A DNA stretch of 62,109 bases, the filler included, from Sphacelaria rigidula (taxonomy: Eukaryota): assembly GCA_964200075.2 (NCBI GenBank). It is 7 parts of 7 records of this genome, joined end to end, with 100 filler letters (N's around TTAATTAATTAA, not from the genome) between each part and the next. Parts side by side here need not be neighbours in the genome. Positions count along the whole stretch, not along the records: positions 35,551 to 44,337 come from CAXNAA020010102.1; positions 44,438 to 53,223 come from CAXNAA020010103.1; 5 more parts are not named here. One strand, written 5' to 3'. Position numbers and translations under genes: made by a program. How positions within the stretch are numbered: position 1 is the first letter of the stretch; each line of letters opens with the position of its first letter. The notes under the pieces are model-generated. The model saw only the letters and a program-made list of their open reading frames with translations. It did not search any database and was not told where the DNA came from. Positions 37,165 through 50,550 of this stretch are shown here, one piece after another.

Positions 37165-37487
37165 TATGTGAGTTCTGTACAGAATGTACACCCATACCCG
37201 GGGCGCGGGTATGCCCTTGAAGAAATATCCGATTGCCGGTACGGCTTTCTGCAAGCCTCCCATTCCTACCCGACAAGTTCTGTAACTCCCTCAACACTTT
37301 CATGCCGTTACCCGACAGATTTCTAATTTCTGTAAGACTTCTATATCGTTACCCGATATCTCTGTAAGTTCTGTAAGCCTGCCATATCCCTACCCGGGGT
37401 TAGGGTATACCGTTGTAGATATGCCCAATGCAGATTCGAGCACAGGTATATACCCTTGGTTGGGGAGCTGTGGATATGAGTTCATTC

Positions 37488-38763
37488 AAAGGGCAGGTCG
37501 AGTAGAGTGTATACTTTTGAGTACTCGAGAAAAATACTCGAGTATTTATTCTACTCAAAACTTTGAGTAGGTCGAGTGCGGCGGTCGAGTGCGGCCTCAA
37601 ATACTGTACTCAAATTCTGAGGAGATCGAGTACGACCTCGAATACTCTACTCAAAATTGAGTAAGCACTCAGTAATGTTTGAGTATAGAGTATCAATCAC
37701 TTGGGTATGGTGAATATCCGTGACCGTCGGCGCCTTCGTGACGTCACTACACAGTCTTTGTTGAAGACATCGGCGAACGATGACCATTAGATGGGTGATG
37801 TCACGTTACAGGCTACAAGGAGTATGAGCGAATGATGGCCAAAAAATAACTAAATAAGCGTGCAGGTGAATGATTAGTGCAAGACTTCGACTGCCCAATA
37901 TTTCGATATGATTTTTAAGCTTTCCGGTACCCCGGCCAGTTTACACGGTACGATCCGAACGCTCTTCGACACACCTCACTTTTCGTTCTACCTTAGTTTT
38001 GTACCATTTGGTTCTGATCCAAATATTTTCTCGAATATACTATATCCGAATGTTCGCTGAAGTTTGATCTTGAATCAGCACTAACCATGGGTGGGCAACT
38101 CTGGAAATACCTCGGTATTTCCTCTACCCGAGTTTGAGCATCTTGCGTACGAACTTAAATGCTGAGGTTGAAGTTATAGGTTTTCGGTACATCGGGTCCG
38201 GCCTCAGATACTCCACCCAACTTTCGGGTAGATTGAGTATAGCCTCAAATACTCTACTCAATTTTTGAGTAGATTGGGTATGACCTGAAATACTCTTATC
38301 AAAGTTTTGAGTAGGTCGGGTACGGCCTCAAATACTCTACTCAAAATTTGAGTGGATCAAGTACGACCTCCAATACTCTACCCAAATATTGAGGAAGCAC
38401 CCTCGGTAATACTTGAGTGTAGAGTAACACTTGGGTATGACCTCAATACTCTACTCAAATATTGAGTAGGTCGAGTACGACCTCTCTCTCTTCAAACTCT
38501 GAGTAGGTTGAGGATGGCCTCGAATACTCTACTCAAATATTGAGTAGATTAAGCACGACCTCAAATACTCCACTCAAATATTGAGTGAGCGCTCTCAGTA
38601 ATACTCGAGTATAGGGTATTACTTGAGTATGATCTCAATACTCTACTCAAAAATTTGAGTAGACTGAGTACGACCTCAAGTACTCTACTCAAAATATGAG
38701 TACTAAAAGTATGACTCTTCGAAAATACTGAGTATGTAGTATACTCCACTCGACCTGCCCTTG
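37488..38763. mobile_element. hAT-like non-autonomous element with 41-42 bp TACTCTACTCAAA..TTGAGTAG repeats
   Basis: TIR AAGGGCAGGTCGAGT; perfect 8-bp TSD GTTCATTC (37480-37487, 38764-38771). Confidence 0.9.
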
Positions 38764-39254
38764 GTTCATTCCAAACGCAACCTCATGACCTGAAGACATA
38801 CCTCCTATCAATCAACCCACCCCCCTCCTCTATCAACATTGCACAACAACAAATATTCACAAGTGTAAAGTATATACTCTGACGGGTTACGAGCCCCTGC
38901 TAAGGGGAAACACGGAGCATGAGCAGCACTGCAGACCGTCGAGCGGGGGCGGTTTATCTTCGCCAGCAGGGGGACCAAGTAGCAAGACACAGGCCATCGA
39001 CATTGCTGATGGTGGTTGTTTCGTGGTCCTCAAACCCCAGATTGTCATCGACATAGCACGGCAAAGAGTACAAGCTGCCACCAGAATTCGTCAAGTCTGT
39101 CGACGATTTTATGGTGCCGAAGGGTTTCCAGAGAGGGGGCAGCCGTGAAAGCTCCTTCAAATATTCAAATACTCTCTGGGAGTGCACGTGAAGCCGAGAG
39201 ATGTTGACGATCCCATGCACATGTACTACTGCATGACAAGCCCAACCTGCCGTA

Positions 39255-39760
39255 GGCATACCCTTACCCGATAGTTCTGTATGTTCTGTAAGCCTCCCTT
39301 ACCCGTAACCGGAGCACGGGTATACCTGTATGAGAATACCCGGGTAAGGATGCGATTTTCTGTAAACCTTACATACCCTTACCCAACAGTTCTGTAAACT
39401 CTGTACGACTTCCATACCCTTACCCGATAGCTCTGTGACTTCTGTAAGCCTCCCGTACCGTTACCGGAGGCACGGGTATCCTCTTGATGAAATACCCGTT
39501 TGCGGTTACTGTGCAACCTGCATACGCTACCCGACAGTTCTGTGAGTTCTGTACAGGATGTATACCCGTGCCCGGAGCGCGGGTATGCCCTTGAAAAAAT
39601 ATTCGATTACTGGTAAAGTTTTCTGTAACCCAGCCTGCCATACCCTACACGACAAGTGCTGTATTTTTCCGTAAGACTTTCATGCCGGTACCCGACATTC
39701 CTGTAACTTCTGTAAGGAATGCTATTCCCTACGAAACATATCCGTACCCTCCAGAACACA
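39255..39760. mobile_element. Second copy of the TACCC/TTCTGT repeat element
   Basis: Colinear with 35640-35876 plus 37165-37400. Confidence 0.75.
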
Positions 39761-39866
39761 AGCTTGCATTATTTTGCCGTGATTTCCACACATCCGTTTC
39801 GCGGTCATACCCGCTGTTTTGATTTTTTCTTGTATTTTCGTTTCACCTAATTTGGGCAGTTAATCT

Positions 39867-39955
39867 GTGACCACGGAAGGCGTCCGCATCAAACACCCGG
39901 TACGGAGGTAGCATTACTACGCAGATATCGGAACGGTTTTTCATGCGAAGGCAGT
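39867..39955 (+). mobile_element. Diverged LINE 3'-end box
   Basis: GTGACCACGGAAGGCGTCCGCATCA...CGCAGATATCGGAACGGTTTTTCATGCGAAG. Confidence 0.75.
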
Positions 39956-40619
39956 ACTTGCTGAGGGGTGGTTGCTTTGTCAATATACATTTTTCGGGGG
40001 ATATACAATAAGAGAATAAATAACCTGTGCTTTTTTCAACGAAACAGGGTCGTATACTTTTCGGTTTGGGGCGCGGCGCTGCACGCGGGCTGACCACCTC
40101 GAAAACACCTTCCAGCGCCTCAGCCTCACGCCGAAGGTGCCTTGGCAGCATGTCCGTTTTTTCTTTTTTTTACATGGCATTAGCCTTGACTGCAACGCGG
40201 AAAATAAGAGCCTGTTACAAGACCGATAATCGTCAACAAACCAGCAGGGCACACCCGACTCTCTGCTAAATAGTTATCTCATACCCTCCTTTGGTCATCT
40301 GGATACCATTATATGCTCAGGCTCATACCCTTTTCAGTCAAGCGGTGACCGTAGCGCGGGCTCCGCAGATGATATGCCGACCAGTCACACACAGCGGTAC
40401 ACCTTTATTGTGAAAATGCACATCGCCAAAAAGTACGAAACCCGAGGACCACGAAATTGTAGCCCGCTACAGTTACTGGTTGGTCTGCACACCCTAAAGG
40501 TCCGACGATGGATGCAGGGTCCGAGCGCTTGTGTGTGAGAGATCACAACGATCCAAACATGCGTGAAAGTCTTGCCGGGGCACACAAGCCTGAACGGCAA
40601 AAAGAAGTTGCTCATTGAC

Positions 40620-41578
40620 CCAAAGTTACATATTTTTTCATGCCATATCTATTCTCCACATCAAATTTGTAAGGCCAATTCTCAAAATTAAGGTGAGAAT
40701 GGGCGATTTAGAGCCTTGACCGGTCGATATTCTGAACAGTGTTTTACAGGCCATTTACCAGCCCAGCTTTTGTACTTGTGCTTTGATTTTGTGTGAAGAA
40801 TCACTAGAGCATAAGAATGAGAAATAATTGGGATATATGGTGTTCATTTTGTTCACGAGTTAAGTACGTTTTAGTGTAGTAAGGAACATTTTTCCACGGG
40901 ACGTACTTGGCTCACGAGAAATGTAACAATAGAGACCCATATACTCTTTGTTCGCCGTATGCCCTTGCGATTCTCCGTACTCAATTTCAAACCACAATTC
41001 TGAAAATCAGCCGAGAAAGTGAGTTCAGGGCCAAAAACAACGCCTGTTTTTCACAAAAAACGCCCTTAGCTCATGACAGAAAAATCCCAAGGTCCCGAAC
41101 GTTGTGTTTTGCTTTTGCCCTCGCGATACTCCATATCAAATTTCAAAGCACAATTCTCAAAAATGAGACACGAAGTCCGGAATTGGGGCATTTAGTGACC
41201 CCTCTCGTAGTATATTGAGTTTAGTATAGAATATTATAAGCGCCATATCTCTAGATAGATAACGCATCAAATGAAGTTGAGGGTATCGGTCGTTTTCCCG
41301 TGCTCCAGGGAATGTCCATACCAAAATTCATCATCCGCTATAAATATCGTTCGGGTTTGGCCTAGACTTCAGTTTGGACCATGTCTCCGTACGGTATAGG
41401 AATTACTCGACATGGCATTTAATCAACGAGATAAAACTGGCCCAGCATCGGGAGCAGAATGGATATCTTCTCCTTGACTGAACGACTTTTAAGATGAGCG
41501 GGACCACGGCCCAATTCGTCTGTGTCGATGGCATATGGCTGTGAGAGCTTGAATCCGTTTTTAGGCTTGCCAAGCTCG
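40620..41578 (-). mobile_element. Diverged inverted copy of the 35877-37164 family
   Basis: Ends TAGGCTTGCCAAGCTCG|TA; interior aligns by eye to 35880-36940; left boundary approximate. Confidence 0.75.
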
Positions 41579-42997
41579 TAAAGCGGCAGCGTCAGGTAGG
41601 TGTACCCCGCCGAATCAGCAGTGCCACGTCTGAAAACATTCGGTAACCTCTCAAACTGTGTCATCGACATTTTTTCGGCGACCCGGAAACGTCTCAGATT
41701 GGGCGCGTCGTCGCAGAGCGGTATTACTCCGTGGCATACCCTTCACTGTGCACTGTTGTCTGGTACTGCCCTCTCAACCGTGTTCCGTCGAACTTGCATG
41801 CGATACATATCCTCTCGCAACTCACAGCACCGCTTGCCCGAATACAATGTTTCCCTTGAACGTGTCGGTGCCGTAGGCCGTTTCCTGTGCGCGACACCCG
41901 ACGGCGCCGGCTGAGCTTGGGCGAGGTACAAACTTACAGGTAAAATCCGAACTTCGAAGTATTATTAGCGTCAACCTGACGAATCGTAACCCGTGCGCCC
42001 GAAGACAGGAGGGTGTTATTGACCTTGAAACACAGTTATTCGGCTCTAGGGCCATGGTTAGGTAGAATTTCAAAAGAACAACCTGTGCCTTCCTTCACAA
42101 ATACGACCGGGGCAGGCTCGATCGACCGAAAATACCGAAGAGGCAGAATCTGGGCTGAAACGTATCAGGACTCCTGATGACCGGTCAGCCCGCAAGCCAC
42201 TCAATATTGAGTACAGACGATTTTTTTCTCTAGGAATGTGTAGCGGATAAAATCATCTTCAGATCCTCAATCTGATTAGCAGTGGCAACCGAAAGAGCCC
42301 GAGAAAATTGCCAATTACGAAGAAACTACAAAATGAATAGTTCAGGCGCCCACCACTGCACCTCATCGGTCCAAGGGTAAAATGGGCTGATGATGCAACT
42401 CCTATCACAACATCTGGCATTATGTTGCCGTTACTTGTTGCAGCGGCGTCCTTCGATTAGTCCGCGACGCTACGGTGCACAAATTGGTGATGGATACTTT
42501 TCCGAGCTTGCACAGGATACGCACCTGTCGAATACAACCGTTGGTCATTTAACGTTCAGCCTTCTCAAACGCGATCGGAATAGTGTTGTGCTGGCCATTC
42601 TCCCCATGTTTTCACGCACATTTTTACCCTTATACCTTATAAACCCCTCGGTTTTTTCTTCCAAGAAGCTGGTATTTGCCATCTGCGCTAGTTCTTGGAG
42701 GGTGACATAGTGTTCACGTAGATGGCCGCCAGGATGCCGGGTTCACGCTACAACGATGTTTTCCCGCGTTTTAATTTTTGCCCGATAGTTTTTGTTGCAG
42801 CATCCTGGGTTTTCCAGCATCCCAGGCTACAAGGTTGAGCGTACGGGACTATTGGAAGTTGTCTCGCCTACATGTTAAGAACGCGAAGACCGACCGAGGT
42901 TGCCCTCCCTTGCCCAACTCCCGACGCAACGAGCTCCAGCTCGAACAGTAGGGGCTTGCGGAGGGAACTATCTCACTGCTGCCGTTTCGTGCGTGTT

Positions 42998-43166
42998 GCT
43001 TGTGTGTCGACTTGTGCTTGCCCTACTTAGTTGGTCATGGAGTATGGGGATATTTCTCCGTAAACCTCTGGCGTAAAATGATGCTTGTGTGTCGACTTGT
43101 GCTTGCCCTGCTGAGTTGGTCATGAAATATGGGGATGATTTTCCGTGAACCTCTGGCGTAAAATGA
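42998..43166. repeat. 85-bp tandem duplication
   Basis: GCTTGTGTGTCGACTTGTGCTTGCCCT...CCTCTGGCGTAAAATGA twice. Confidence 0.9.
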
Positions 43167-44337
43167 AAACACCACCCAATCACACGTACGGGCCGCCTAT
43201 CGCATGTGCACTCCCACCGAATTGGCCACGCCGCCCAGCTGTTCGGCAGCAGCTGTGTGAGTCGGCCGCATACGTATATTGCTGTCGGCGTCATGACGAC
43301 CACTGTGCTGTACTGCTGAAAACGTACACCAACACTAGGAGTGGGATAGTAAATCGTGACTGAACCTTCAGCAGGAAAACATTCCCCCCGACAACTTGAC
43401 CCTCCATGAGGCGATTATATTTATCATCTTCATAGTCTGCATCATCATCGTTTTTGTCATCATCACCATCACTACATTTTTGACAACCTCATTTGTATCC
43501 TGGAAGGATCCTTCTCATCAAACAATCCCGAAACGCGGAATAAAGCCCTCAAATTATAATCGGGTTCCGCGTCATCGGCGAATCGTCAGTGATCCGAATA
43601 CGAGCCGCTGCAATGGGACCCGCCATCTCCGACTACGGATCCTGGGGCAATATTAGAATCGTGGACAATAACAATTCTCCTTCACCACCATGCCCGTTAC
43701 GGTCAGTCGATCCCACACCCCCTATTGATATTCAAAGAGCACCCCTCTTTTGCCGTCGCTCGATGAAGGATCTGCAACAAGAGGGACACCAGCTGCACCC
43801 CCTGACGCCTCCGCCGCATTTCCTGTGCCGCCACGCAGTTCACGACTCATCCTGTACTTGGTCCGCCGTGACCGTCCACGTCATCCTTCAGCCGCTCGCC
43901 GTCGCCACTCTCCTTTCCCTTACCCCCCCTCAGCGATTCGGCTACCGCTACCGTGTGCGGGGGTGGGGGCGTACTCTAAAAGTAGCCGCCGTTCACATGG
44001 GTAGATTAGTGTGCAATTTCCCGAAACTGGCACGATTGGCATCTGTGACTTCTTTCCGCTGCCTTCGCCGGCTTGCAATTCCACCGCAACGTTTACAGAT
44101 CGTGAGACCAGTCTACACACGTATGACCGGACGAATCAACGACAATGCTGTCGTGGATCACGTCAACTACATCCCTCCTCGGTGCCCTTTCCCTCGTTCG
44201 TGATGAGTCTTTTGTCCCGGCTCAATGTCCCAATTCCACCCGTTGACGTCGGCTCTAGGAGTCTGCGTCTGCGAAACGCCCCCCCGCCGCTGCGCCGGCC
44301 CTCCCCCGCCCACGCCCTCTCTGGCCCTTCGCGTCGT

Positions 44338-44437
44338 NNNNNNNNNNNNNNNNNNNNNNNNNNNNNNNNNNNNNNNNNNNNTTAATTAATTAANNNNNNN
44401 NNNNNNNNNNNNNNNNNNNNNNNNNNNNNNNNNNNNN
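44338..44437. other. Artificial contig linker
   Basis: Same 100-bp spacer. Confidence 0.98.
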
Positions 44438-44469
44438 TCCTCGAAGGCTTCAACTCAAAATTAAAATTA

Positions 44470-44965
44470 GAGGCGCGCGGAGAAGAATGCAACGAGTGAA
44501 AAAACATATTTCTCGATCGAAAACATGCAGTCGAAAGGCACGAAGCGGCACTTTGACTCTTGTCTTACAGACCGCCACGCCAAATAACACCCGTTCACAA
44601 GACCACGCAAACTCCATTCAACTCATTCTCAACTACCACCGCAACCCTGCAGCATAGAGCACGAGTTGAGCACAGGGATAGATATACGAAAGTAGTTGGG
44701 TAGTGCTTTGTTTATTTTTTGTTGGCGAAAACTTGCGCATCTTCTCTCATGGTAGTCATCAGGGATGGAACTGCGTGCGGTACGGTGGGCAACCGAGTTG
44801 CGTGCACGCTCATGGACAATGCAGGCAGTACAAAGCTGCACATTGCTGAAGTTATTTTCAAGTTGCATGGTAAGCAGAGAGAACTGATAGTCTTGGTCTG
44901 TCTGCACTGCACATTGTCCGCTTCCCCCTTACCTTCTCCTGCACGAAGCACGCACACATGCACTC
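44470..44965 (+). repeat. Dispersed repeat; an inverted diverged copy lies at about 50865-51362
   Basis: Shared core TCTCAACTACCACCGCAACCCTGCAGCATAGAGCACGAGTTGAGC. Confidence 0.8.
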
Positions 44966-46734
44966 AAGACACCCTACTTGCAAGCAGTGCAAATAGTACA
45001 GACAGACCATGTACCGTTTCACGAATTTCACTGTCTTTTTTCGATCGAAAGCTTGAAAATCCATCGGGACCCAACTGCATCAAAACGAGAATTTTTCACT
45101 TGACTCAATTCCACCGCTCGTTTTTTCGATCGAAAAAAAGTGCGAAGACACGCCCTAAGGCCTTCATTCACCCCCATAACAGTATCGACTATTGCGAGGG
45201 TCGGACAAATAATGATTCATCTGGAAACTACTTGGTTGTAGTATGATTGATTCGAATCGTACGAATCAATCCCTAGGCTTTGTTTTCAGCGTTGCAGCCC
45301 AGGTACCCGCAGCCCAGAAACGTGGAATGGTGCAAAAGTTGCGTGGATACCCCTTGGACCAGCGGTCAACTTTTTCTCCCTTTTGAGCAATCAGGCCGAG
45401 GAAATCGTGCATTTATTTGGTGATTCGTAGTCGTGATGATTCGTCCTAACCGTCGACTATTGCGTCTATTGCAGTAGACAATAGATTCCATACTGTACGC
45501 AGTACATTTTTTTTAACAACGAACCCTCTTATTAGTGCCCAGGAAGTGGTTTTTTCATTGAACGCCGTGTCTTTTTACAGAATGGATACATGCATACGTA
45601 AATATCGTAAACATAGATATGCGGGCGTAGACACATATGTGACCCGTACAGTACTCTCCAGTTGAGTTCAGTAGTGCACTATTATAGACAGCCGGTAACT
45701 TTTTCGTGTAGCAAGATACTGTTTGTGATGCTCTCTTGGTCGCTTAGTATATTGAGCACTAGCAATACGCCGTAGACATGATATGAAAGAGGGGGTATGC
45801 GTAGTATAGATCGATGTGCGCGCAAGGCCGATTTTTTTTTTCTCCCGATCGATCGATCGAGCGACTAACTCACTAACTCACGCTCTCACTCACTCACCCA
45901 CCGACTGATTGCTATTCTTGTTAACTATGCTGGCTGACGTCGACGGCTTGAAGCGGATTTATTCGTTGGTCGTTGCTCATATGTTACGTAGGTGGGTCAC
46001 TGGGGCGCGGGACAGAAGTAAAATGGTCATTATTGACGAAGACTCACTTGCTACTCTACAGTGCTACACTACCCTGTACTGTACTGTACTATTGTACTTG
46101 ACTATGTTGTGTTGTCCTGAGCCGTAAGTGGAGGGGGGGGCGGGGGGCAGGGAAGATAGATATGACTGCTCCGCGTCTGCACAACCGCTTGGAGGGGTTG
46201 AACGAGGCGCGGACAGAAGTACGGAAGGGTATTTTGATATAACCTCATTTCTCTTCCAACCTGGAAAATGTATTCCGTACACTGTACCTATAAAATAGAA
46301 CAATCCTTTTTGAGTGATGACTACAGCAGCAGTGCTTTATATACATATGCAGGGGTACATTTCGATCTAGAGACTTGAAAGCTAACGAATATCCATCCCC
46401 ACTACTGTGTCGTCACGTACTGTAAAAATACATGACTCTCCAACACTAGCTTGTGGTGGAGAAGACTACTCGTAGTTCGGGCAACGATTGAAGACGTGAA
46501 TATACACGGCCAGAAAGATGATGACACACAGTTGTGTACCGTGCTCGCAATTACCCCCTTGAATAGTCGCCATATCGTTAATTTTGTTTTTCTTGTCTCT
46601 GGTGGAACTCACTTACTTCCGTCGTGTCGTTGCACAAGGAAGTCATGATGCTTCTTGGGGGTTAGTGATTGTGTGTGCACTGGACACACGTCGTTCCATG
46701 ATCTTTTTATTTGCGGTGTGTCTTGTTCTCTTTG

Positions 46735-46975
46735 ATAATTGTAAACACCAAAGACCCACACAGGATTTATAATGATGATATATATATATATATATACCAA
46801 GGACCCACACACATGCGCTACTCTTTCCTCGTCCCTTCTCCTGTTTCGTTTCATGATCGTTTTTATTTTCTGTGTATTTTATTTCCCTTTTTGTAAACAC
46901 CAAAGACCCACATAGGATATACGCTGATGATGATGGTGATGATATATATATATATATATATATATTTATACAAGG
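46735..46975 (+). repeat. Two tandem retroposon-like 3' ends with (GAT)n(TA)n tails
   Basis: TTGTAAACACCAAAGACCCACAnAGGAT at about 46739 and 46891, each followed by a microsatellite. Confidence 0.65.
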
Positions 46976-48557
46976 CTCCCCTTCGGGAGGTTGGTACGGG
47001 CCTACCGGGGGTGACGCAAGTCGAGAATATATGGTCAAGAGAGATTGTTGTATCTCAATGTACAGTAGTGATCGTAGCTGTACAAAACATCGCATGTGTC
47101 TTCGGATGGTGGCTCCGGATAAGGTTCACCAACTTGACTACCACGGATGTGAAGGTTGTACAATTCTTGGGCGGCAATAATTTCGACATATTATGTGGCA
47201 TGTGCGTATGGATGCGACATGAGCTGAAGGTAATTTCGAACGCTATTGTACGTTTGGTCGGCGTAGGACATGTGCGGTATTCCCGAGGTGCCAGAGTGCG
47301 AAGTAGCTCTCGTGCCACGAAGACATGACAGCGGGGGGCACTTTCCGAAAAATTGGAATGCGTGGAACATTCTTGGCATGTTCCTTGTCACTTGGGAAGC
47401 TCGCGGGTATGTTATTCCAGTGCTTTGCTTTTTCGCTGCACAAGAGAGTTTGCATATCTCTGGACAAAATAGTGGCTTTGTCTGGCTGTTGCAATGCGTG
47501 AAACATTCCTGGCATGTGTTTTCACTTCGGAAGCTCGCGGATATGTTCTTTCAGCGCTCAACGTTTTCCTGCACATGAGAGTGGCGCTTTTTTTTTAAGC
47601 CGGCCGAACTTTTCATTGTTTCTTTTTTTGTTATGGGGCCATTTTTTTAATGGACATGTTCTTGCAGAGCTGTCATTTTTCCCTGCGCTTGCAATTTTCC
47701 AGTTCTCTGGACATAAGAATGGCGGTTCTTGTCTAAAACGATTGCACATCACTGTGGCTTCCACATCACCGGGCCTTTTTTTAGAACAGGGAGATTAATT
47801 TTTGCGGCAAAACACTCCTGTGCAGCGTGCTGCTGTGCCTTGTTCAACTCGCCAGCAGCTCATTGCACGGTCTTATGTTTGCTGCTGGCTAAGGGCAAGG
47901 CAATGTTCAATTTTTTTCAACTGGTTCGCTCTCATGTTCTCGTGACATTGGCGGCCTAACCGGTGTGTTCGTGCTCCCACATGAACAACGACGCGATAAC
48001 GTTTCATTTGAAAATTTAACGTTACGTTCACGTTACGCTCATCATGTAAATAATATTAACGTTATATTTCGTTACATGTAACGTAATAATATGTAACGTT
48101 TCATGTAACGTGTAACGTCCAGTATAACGTTACATTGACATATGTAACGTTCGAATGTAACGTTCCATTAGAGAGCTTTGGAAACAAAAACAACCGGCCG
48201 GAAAAACTTAGGGTTTGGGTTTAGAAGTTGGGATTCAAGGCCAGGATATTACGAATTCCCCTATTTTAGATAAAACCCCGAATACTGGACCCTGAGAAGA
48301 GACGTGCGCAGCAACTCAGGGTTAATTTGAATTTTTTCAAATAAGTCCTGAGTTGCAAAAGACCCTAAAGCGTTGGTGCCCAACTCAGGGTTAGGAAACG
48401 AAACTAGACACCCTGCCCCATAACGACCAAGGTTACAGAACACAGCCGTAGGGAAAATATCGTAAACGGGGCGATGGTGGATGCCGTGAACGCCCTTGAC
48501 AGCGCTGGTGATAGCAGCCCGTTCACGAGGGTGACCCAAGACTACGAGGAAGACCTG

Positions 48558-48820
48558 GAGGCGAACGGGGGAACCGAGACACCTGTCGGCCTGGTTAGAG
48601 ATGACACGGAAGGGCGGAAGTGGGCTACTCATGCAGCCGCTACGAGGACTCCGACAAAATGGCCGCCCGACGTGAAGCTTGCGTTAGCTCGCCTAGGTAC
48701 ACCACCATTGGGTTGCCGTTTTGCCGGAGTCCTTGTAGCGGCTGCATGAGTGGCCCACTACCGCCCTTCCGCGTCATCTCTAGCCAGATCGACAGGTGTC
48801 TCTGTTCCCCCGTTCGCCTC
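48558..48820. ncRNA. Long fold-back, candidate miRNA/siRNA precursor
   Basis: 113-bp ungapped arms (48558-48670, 48708-48820); 13 differences, 7 of which are G-U pairs on the + strand. Confidence 0.5.
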
Positions 48821-50322
48821 TACGCAGCTAGGATTACTGCGCAGTGAATCTTTATCGAGAGTGGCTGTACTTCCTCGAAATATGCACACGCGCACACACA
48901 GGCATGTGCACACTTGTACTACAGATAGTACATTACAGAACACTTGCTACAGATACAGTTTACAGAACTGTCTACAGACAGTCATCAGTACAACTCTCAA
49001 CTGTCCCAACTTGTACAAGTACTGTACCACACACCAACATGTGCATGACTTGTCAATGACTAGCGGGCGCCGAGGTGCACTGCCTATGTGCCCAGCGCTG
49101 TGGACTGTGCCGGGTTCGTACCCGGAGGCTGTGTTGACGATACTGCTATCGCGTTTTCAACAGTACGGGGACAGCACAAACAACTTTAGTCATGCTACGG
49201 TAGGACGGGGGCTATTTTGGACCATTACTTTCACGAAATTCAACTTCGAATCATCGTAAGGATGAAGCAACGATCGTCCGAACGCGCGTGTTACCGATAA
49301 ATAACGCTCATTCATACTGCTTGGCGCCGTTCTACCCAAGTACAAGCGCACGACGAGTGTGTCAGGTTGCCCGAAACACCTGTGACTAATTTTTTTCTGG
49401 CATCAAACACCCAAACTATCGTAGCACGGCTCTGTACATGCTCTTTCGCGCTGTACGGGTAGCACCGCATGGGTGGGCGCAGAGTACAAACGCAGAACAG
49501 CACGGCCCGACTTTTATCTCTTCAACTAATGACACCGACCACATGGCATTCGGAACAGAAAATACTAAACCCTGAGAAGTTGGCCACAGTCCACACCTAC
49601 GTGGTTGAACAAAATAAAACAAACTTGGAGTTCAAGTGTAAACAATCCAATCGTTTCTCGCCTACCCCTGAGTTCTGCGGGGGGAGTTCCTGAAATTCTT
49701 TTCACCAGTATTTAAGGCGTTGTAACGTGTCGTGTAACACGTGACGTCACCGTGTACGTGACGCTGAAGCATAACCTTCTAGGATTAAAAAAAAATCATC
49801 GCAAACTTGAAGTGTCACTGCTTCAGGTAACGTGTTTAAGACGTTCCACGTAACGCGTAATGTAATGTGGAACGTTTTGTGTACCGTGTAACGTCTACTG
49901 CACGTGTAATGTAATATACACGTTACATGAAACGTTTCATATTTTGTGTTTTAAACGCTCGGGCAATTAAACGTTCATGTCACGTTACGTATGTCACGTG
50001 AAAAAGAATGAACGTAATGTTGACGTTTCATTCGAACATTTAACGTTACGTGAACGTTACCTTCATCACGTAAAAAGAATTAACGGTCACGTTTCGTCTC
50101 TCCCAAAACGTAACGTGTACGTAACGTGTAACGCTGTGGCACGTGTAATGTGTATATCCCTGGGTTTTTTTATTTTCAAAAGACGAACGAGACGTCTGGG
50201 TGTATCATTCCAAATTTGTTCGTTTTTCCAGGGTCCGGGTTCGACAACCGGTTACTCTAGTATATGGAGGTGGACCAGTTACGAATAGTTCAAACGCATT
50301 TATGCTGTTCGATTTCAAGCTG

Positions 50323-50550
50323 TTTAAATGAAAATTTGACACGATGTACAGGACGTATGTGCGAATACCGAGCCTTTCCTCCTATGTTTTTTTGTTTTTC
50401 TGCGTGAGTTATCGGCAATTTTGTTCCGAAACAAATGTTCTGAAATGTTCCGTCGCCAACAACTCACGGAGAAAAGAGAAGAAGCACACGGGAGAAACGA
50501 AGGGATGTCTGCACATACGTCCTGTACATCATGTTTAAATTCCATCGAAA
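50323..50550. mobile_element. Degenerate fold-back MITE
   Basis: GATGTACAGGACGTATGTGC / GCACATACGTCCTGTACATC plus an inner CGTGAGTT/AACTCACG pair. Confidence 0.65.

Larger units (their letters stand above)
35640..37460. mobile_element. Repeat element made of roughly 41-bp TACCCGAnAGnTCTGTGAGTTCTGTAAG units, interrupted by 35877-37164
   Basis: The flanks of the insert rejoin as GACAGTTATGTGAGTTCTGTAC, matching the uninterrupted copy near 39533. Confidence 0.75.

Noticed and set aside
38954..39259. Reverse transcriptase suggested by YVDD
   Set aside because: No other RT motifs at the expected spacing
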